A stretch of 64,000 bases of DNA from the human T2T-CHM13v2.0 reference genome, Homo sapiens, in the NCBI RefSeq assembly GCF_009914755.1, contig NC_060926.1. The stretch is one strand, 5' to 3'. Below the pieces are notes generated by a model, which ran no database searches, was not told where the DNA came from, and saw nothing but the letters and a program-made list of their open reading frames with translations. Below are positions 58,645-64,000 of the stretch, piece by piece. Made by a program: the position numbers and the translations under genes. The first letter of the stretch is position 1. Every line of letters starts with the position of its first letter.

Positions 58645-59760
58645 ATTTATACAGAAGGAAATCTGGAGAATATATGTGGGAATGGATATTAAGTGTGTGG
58701 CACCATGGTGGAAGTAACATAAAGTTGGATTAGGCTAAATTTATTAATGTTGGCCCACTAAACAGAGATTCTGGACTCAGGGTTGTAGGTCAAAGCTTTA
58801 GAAAGGGCTCCAAGGGTTGGTTTGATCGGTTACTTGGTTGGTTGTTTGCTTGGTTGGTTGGTGCTTGCTTCCTTGCTTGGTTGTTTGGTTGGTTTGTTGC
58901 TTGCTTGCTTGTTGGTTGATTGGTTGGCTGTTTGCTTGTTTGGTGACTTGGTTGGTTGGCTGAAACAGAATCAGAGTTTACCTAAGGTACATAAAGTTGA
59001 GATGCCACAACTTCCTTGGTTTATGTGTACAGAAAGGTATGCAAAAACTCAGGGAGACTGGATTTATTATGTCAGACCTGCTCACTCACACTGGAGGGTC
59101 TACGGAACATACTCCTCACAACGATCATGAGAAAGAATATTGTGAGAGGAGCCCAGTATCCTGGAAGAGCTTTGAGCTTGTGCTCTCAGTAGGCAAAATG
59201 TTACAGCAGGAACTGCAGCCACTGGACTGGGATCTTTAAGTAAAATGAGGATAATTGAATCCTGGGGTGGCAGGGAACATGGGCTGTCCTTAATCACCAA
59301 AGATGAGGTGGGTGTGGTCACCACAGTGGAAAGCAGTGTCAAAGCAGCAGTCAGAATGGTTTGACTCACAGACACCCACGGCATTGTGTAGTCCATGGTA
59401 TCCACAGGGAGAGCTAATGGGCTGTACCAAAGTCTTAGTTGTTCTTTAAAAAATGAAGAATTCTAGGTCAACTGAATAAAAGACTAACTCAAATTAATGA
59501 AACACAGATCTAAAACCCTCAATCAATTCCCAGACTTGAGCCAGTTCACAGGCCCACAACCCCTTAAGTGAAGGGGAGGCTGGGTGATCTTGGGGAAGTA
59601 CGCTGCTACGTTGCCAAAAATTTACATTGTTAATCTTTTTCCCAGTCTTCCCCAAAGGGACTTACAGCCTTCTGCCAGGATGACTGTGACTTAAAGAAAA
59701 GAAAATTCTCAGATATTTGGGGAATTACTGGACACTGGCTCTCATTTGACACTATTATCA
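58643..59760 (+). mobile_element. ERV-L internal remnant (gag-protease), decayed
   Basis: NLYRRKSGEYMWEWILSVWHHGGSNIKLD*AKFINVGPLNRDS is ERV-L gag-like; [10 protein letters not shown] at 59725-59754 is a protease active-site motif. (GGTT/GCTT)n expansion at ~58815-58960. Confidence 0.85.
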
Positions 59761-59945
59761 CTATGTTGCCTAGGATGGATTCATGCTCCTGGGTTCAAGC
59801 AGTCCTCCTACCTCAGCCTCCCAAAGTGCTGGGATTACAGACATGAGCCACTGTGGCCAGCAGAGCTTTGAAACTAGAACATGGAGGTCCAGTGGTAAAG
59901 ATCTGACAAGTCTGGGAAGAGATGGGGCCAAGGCAATGTTGATGA

Positions 59946-60575
<630 letters not shown>

Positions 60576-61064
60576 AATGTTGATGATTCTAAACAGCAGC
60601 CGTTAATGTGAAAACCATCCAACTGGAAGCCCTGGCCTTGCCCAGAGGACACAGTCTGGGTGGTGGGCAGAGACTTCAGCTGCCTTCCAAGGCAAGCAGC
60701 TCCTTGCTGCCCGCTTGCTGGGGATTTTACTTACAGGGCAGAAGCTGGCAGGTGATTTGGGGGCAGGAATTGCTTCCTGGATGGTATAGGATGAACCACA
60801 CTCCCCAGGAAGGCACTCATCCTGGTGGCCTAACAGAAGCAGCCCTCACCCCAAAAGGCAATGCTGCTCCACTAGTTTTATGGGGTGACTCCTTCCTGTA
60901 GGTTCCTTCCAGCTTTACCAGAAACACAGAACATCTTTCCTGACAGGGCATTGGTTTTGTTTTTGAACAGAGAGATCCTTCTTTTAAAAAGTTAGTTTTT
61001 TGTTTTCTTTTGTTTTGTTTTTTGTAATGGAATCAACCTAGGTCCTAAGCCTAGCAGGTTGTTA

Positions 61065-61371
<307 letters not shown>

Positions 61372-61554
61372 CAGGTTATTTTTGCTGATCTTCTCCCTCC
61401 TCCCACCCTCAAAGAAAACGCGGTACATCTACACCATGGACTACTACGCAACCCTGAAAAGGAACAAAATCACGGTTGTTTTTTTTTTTTTTTTTCTTTT
61501 TCTTTTTTTTTTTTTTTTTGCAGCAACATGGATGTAGCTGGAGGCCATTATCTT

Positions 61555-62016
61555 TTTTAATTATTTTTATTATTTTTTTTCTATTCTACTTTAAGTTCTG
61601 GGGTATATGTGCAGAATGTGCAGGATTGTTACATAGATATACATGTGCCATAGCGGTTTGCTGCACCCATCAACCCATCATCTACATTAGATATTTCTCA
61701 TAATGCTGTCCCTTTCCCAGTCCCCCACCCCTGCAGTAGGCCCCAGTGTGTGATGTTCCCCTCTCTGGGTTGATGTGTTCTCATTGTTCACTTCCCACTT
61801 ATGAGTGAGAACATGCACTGTTTGGTTTTCTGCTCCTGTGTCACTTTGCTGAACATGAGGGTTTCCAGCTTCATCCATGTCCCTGCAAAGGACATGAACT
61901 CATCTTTTTCATGGCTGCATAGTATTCCACAGTGTCTATGTGCTACATTTTCTTTATCCAGTCTATCACTGATGAGCATTTGGGTTGGTTCCACATCTTT
62001 GCTATTGTGAACAGTG
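61555..62016 (-). mobile_element. L1PA 3'UTR inserted antisense into an older L1 3' end
   Basis: Perfect 16-bp TSD tggaggccattatctt at 61539-61554 and 62017-62032; host L1 (+) spans ~61415-62285. Confidence 0.9.
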
Positions 62017-62383
62017 TGGAGGCCATTATCTTAAGTAAATTAATAGAATGCTGCGTGTTCTCACTTATAAGTGGGAGCTAAATGTTGTGTATATGTAGAC
62101 ACAGAGAAGGGAACAGATATTGGGGTCTAGTTAGGGGGAGAGAGGAAGGTAGAAGGACAAGAGTTGAAAAAACCAACTGTGGGGTATTATGCTCACTACC
62201 TGGGTGATGGGATCACTCATACCCCAGACCTCAGCATCACACATCGTACCCATGTAAGAAACCTGTACATGTACCTCCTGAATCCAAACTGCTCCACCAT
62301 TTGCACCAGCAATTCCAAGACTGGGCATCTACCCAAAGGAAAAGAAGTCATTCTACCAAAAAGACACATGCATGGTAAAGTTC

Positions 62384-62671
62384 CTTTTTTTTGTTTGTTT
62401 TTTGAGATGGAGTCTCGCTCTATTTCCCATGCTGGAGTGCAGTAGCAATCTCGGCTCACTGCAACCTCTGCCTCCAGGGTTCAAGTGATTCTCCTGCCTC
62501 AGCCTCTTGAGCAGCTGGGATTACAGGCATGCGCCACCATGCCTGGCTAATTTTTGTATTTTTAGTAGAGACAGGGTTTCACCATATTGACCAGGCTGGT
62601 CTCGAACTCCTGACCTCAGGTGATCTGCCCACCTTGGCCCTCCAGAGTGCTGGGATTACAGTGCCTGGCCC
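62384..62671 (-). mobile_element. Alu
   Basis: Antisense dimer; TSD gtaa(a/g)gttc inside L1 sequence. Confidence 0.88.
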
Positions 62672-62746
62672 TGTAAGGTTCATCACAGCACGACTTACAA
62701 TAGGAAAGTCATGGAATCAACCTAGTTGCCCATCAGTGGGGTACCA

Positions 62747-63530
62747 GATAAAGCAAAAGTGGTTCTTCTACAGCATCGAATACTACACAGCCATGAAAAA
62801 GAATAAAATCATGTCCTTTGCGGCCACATGGATGTAGCTGGAGGACATTATGCTTAATGAATTAACACAAGAACAGAAAATCAAATACCACATGTTCTTG
62901 TCTGGATAAAGCAATTGTGGCCCTTCTACACCATGGAATACTACACAGCCACGAAAAAGAATAATGTCATGTCCTTTGCAGCCACATGGACACAGCTGAA
63001 GGACATTATGCTTAGTGAATTAATGCCAGGAACAGAAAATGAAATACTACATGTTCTCAACTGGATAAAGCAAATGTGGCCCTTCTACACCACGGAATAC
63101 TACACAGTGATGAAAAAAATAAAATCATGTCTTTGCAGCCACATGGATGCAGCCAGAGGGCATTATGCTTAGTGAATCAATATGAGGAACAGAAAATCAA
63201 ATACCACATGTTCTGCACTAGATAAAGCAAATGTGGTCCTTCTGCATCATGGAATACTACACAGCCATGAACAAGAATAAAATCATGCCCTTTGCAGCAA
63301 CGTGGATGAAGCTGAAGGGCATTATGCTTAGTGAATTAATGCCAGAAACAGAAAATCAAATACCACATGTTCTCAATTAGATAAAGTAAATGTGGTCCTT
63401 CCGCATCATGGAATACTACACAGCCATGAACAAGAATAAAATCATGCCCTTTGCAGTCACATGGATGAAGCTGAAGGGCACTATGCTTAGTGAATTAACG
63501 CCAGGAACAGAAAATAAAACACCACATGTT
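62747..63530 (+). repeat. Tandem array of five ~158-bp L1-derived units
   Basis: gataaag(c/t)aa starts at 62747, 62905, 63064, 63221 and 63380; single-copy L1 continues on both sides. Confidence 0.93.
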
Positions 63531-63654
63531 TTTGCTTATAGGTGGGAGCTAAACATTGCCTGCACCTGGACACAATGAAGGGGCACCACAGACCCTCAGG
63601 ACTAATAGAGTAGGAAGCAGGGGCGGGGGTACAAGGGTTGAAAAACTACCCTGA

Positions 63655-64000
<346 letters not shown>

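Noticed and set aside
62747-63530. CRISPR-like repeat array (also considered for 55344-55513 and 29845-30200)
   Set aside because: Contiguous tandem units with no unique spacers, no cas genes, eukaryotic context.

Overview
Primate, almost certainly human, nuclear DNA. It looks like a pericentromeric segmental-duplication mosaic (2p11-type is my inference) and contains no intact protein-coding gene. Left to right: (1) ~1-25,380, a copy of the OTOP1-TMEM128 locus on the minus strand, with a damaged OTOP1 exon 1 and its CpG island plus only the last two exons of TMEM128; (2) ~25,385-29,840, an unrelated GC-rich block; (3) a TAR1-like subtelomeric CpG island with no telomere, then REP522-like DNA split by an L1; (4) a ~6 kb CAGGG/CCCTG array with an internal inversion; (5) a ~2.9 kb GAAAT/GAGAT pentamer satellite; (6) an AT-rich L1/Alu block; (7) a block with nested MLT2/MER4/ERV-L remnants and a tandem array made from an L1 3' segment. 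I see no new enzymatic system. The best lead is a possible chimeric, bidirectional transcription unit: the TAR1 island has strong splice donors on both strands, and the minus-strand donor would join in frame to the orphaned TMEM128 terminal exons. Also notable are the OTOP1 paralog's LLW deletion, two inverted duplications near exon 1, and repeated fold-back junctions. Gene and repeat-family names come from my recall of reference sequences, not database searches. Most repeat boundaries are approximate.
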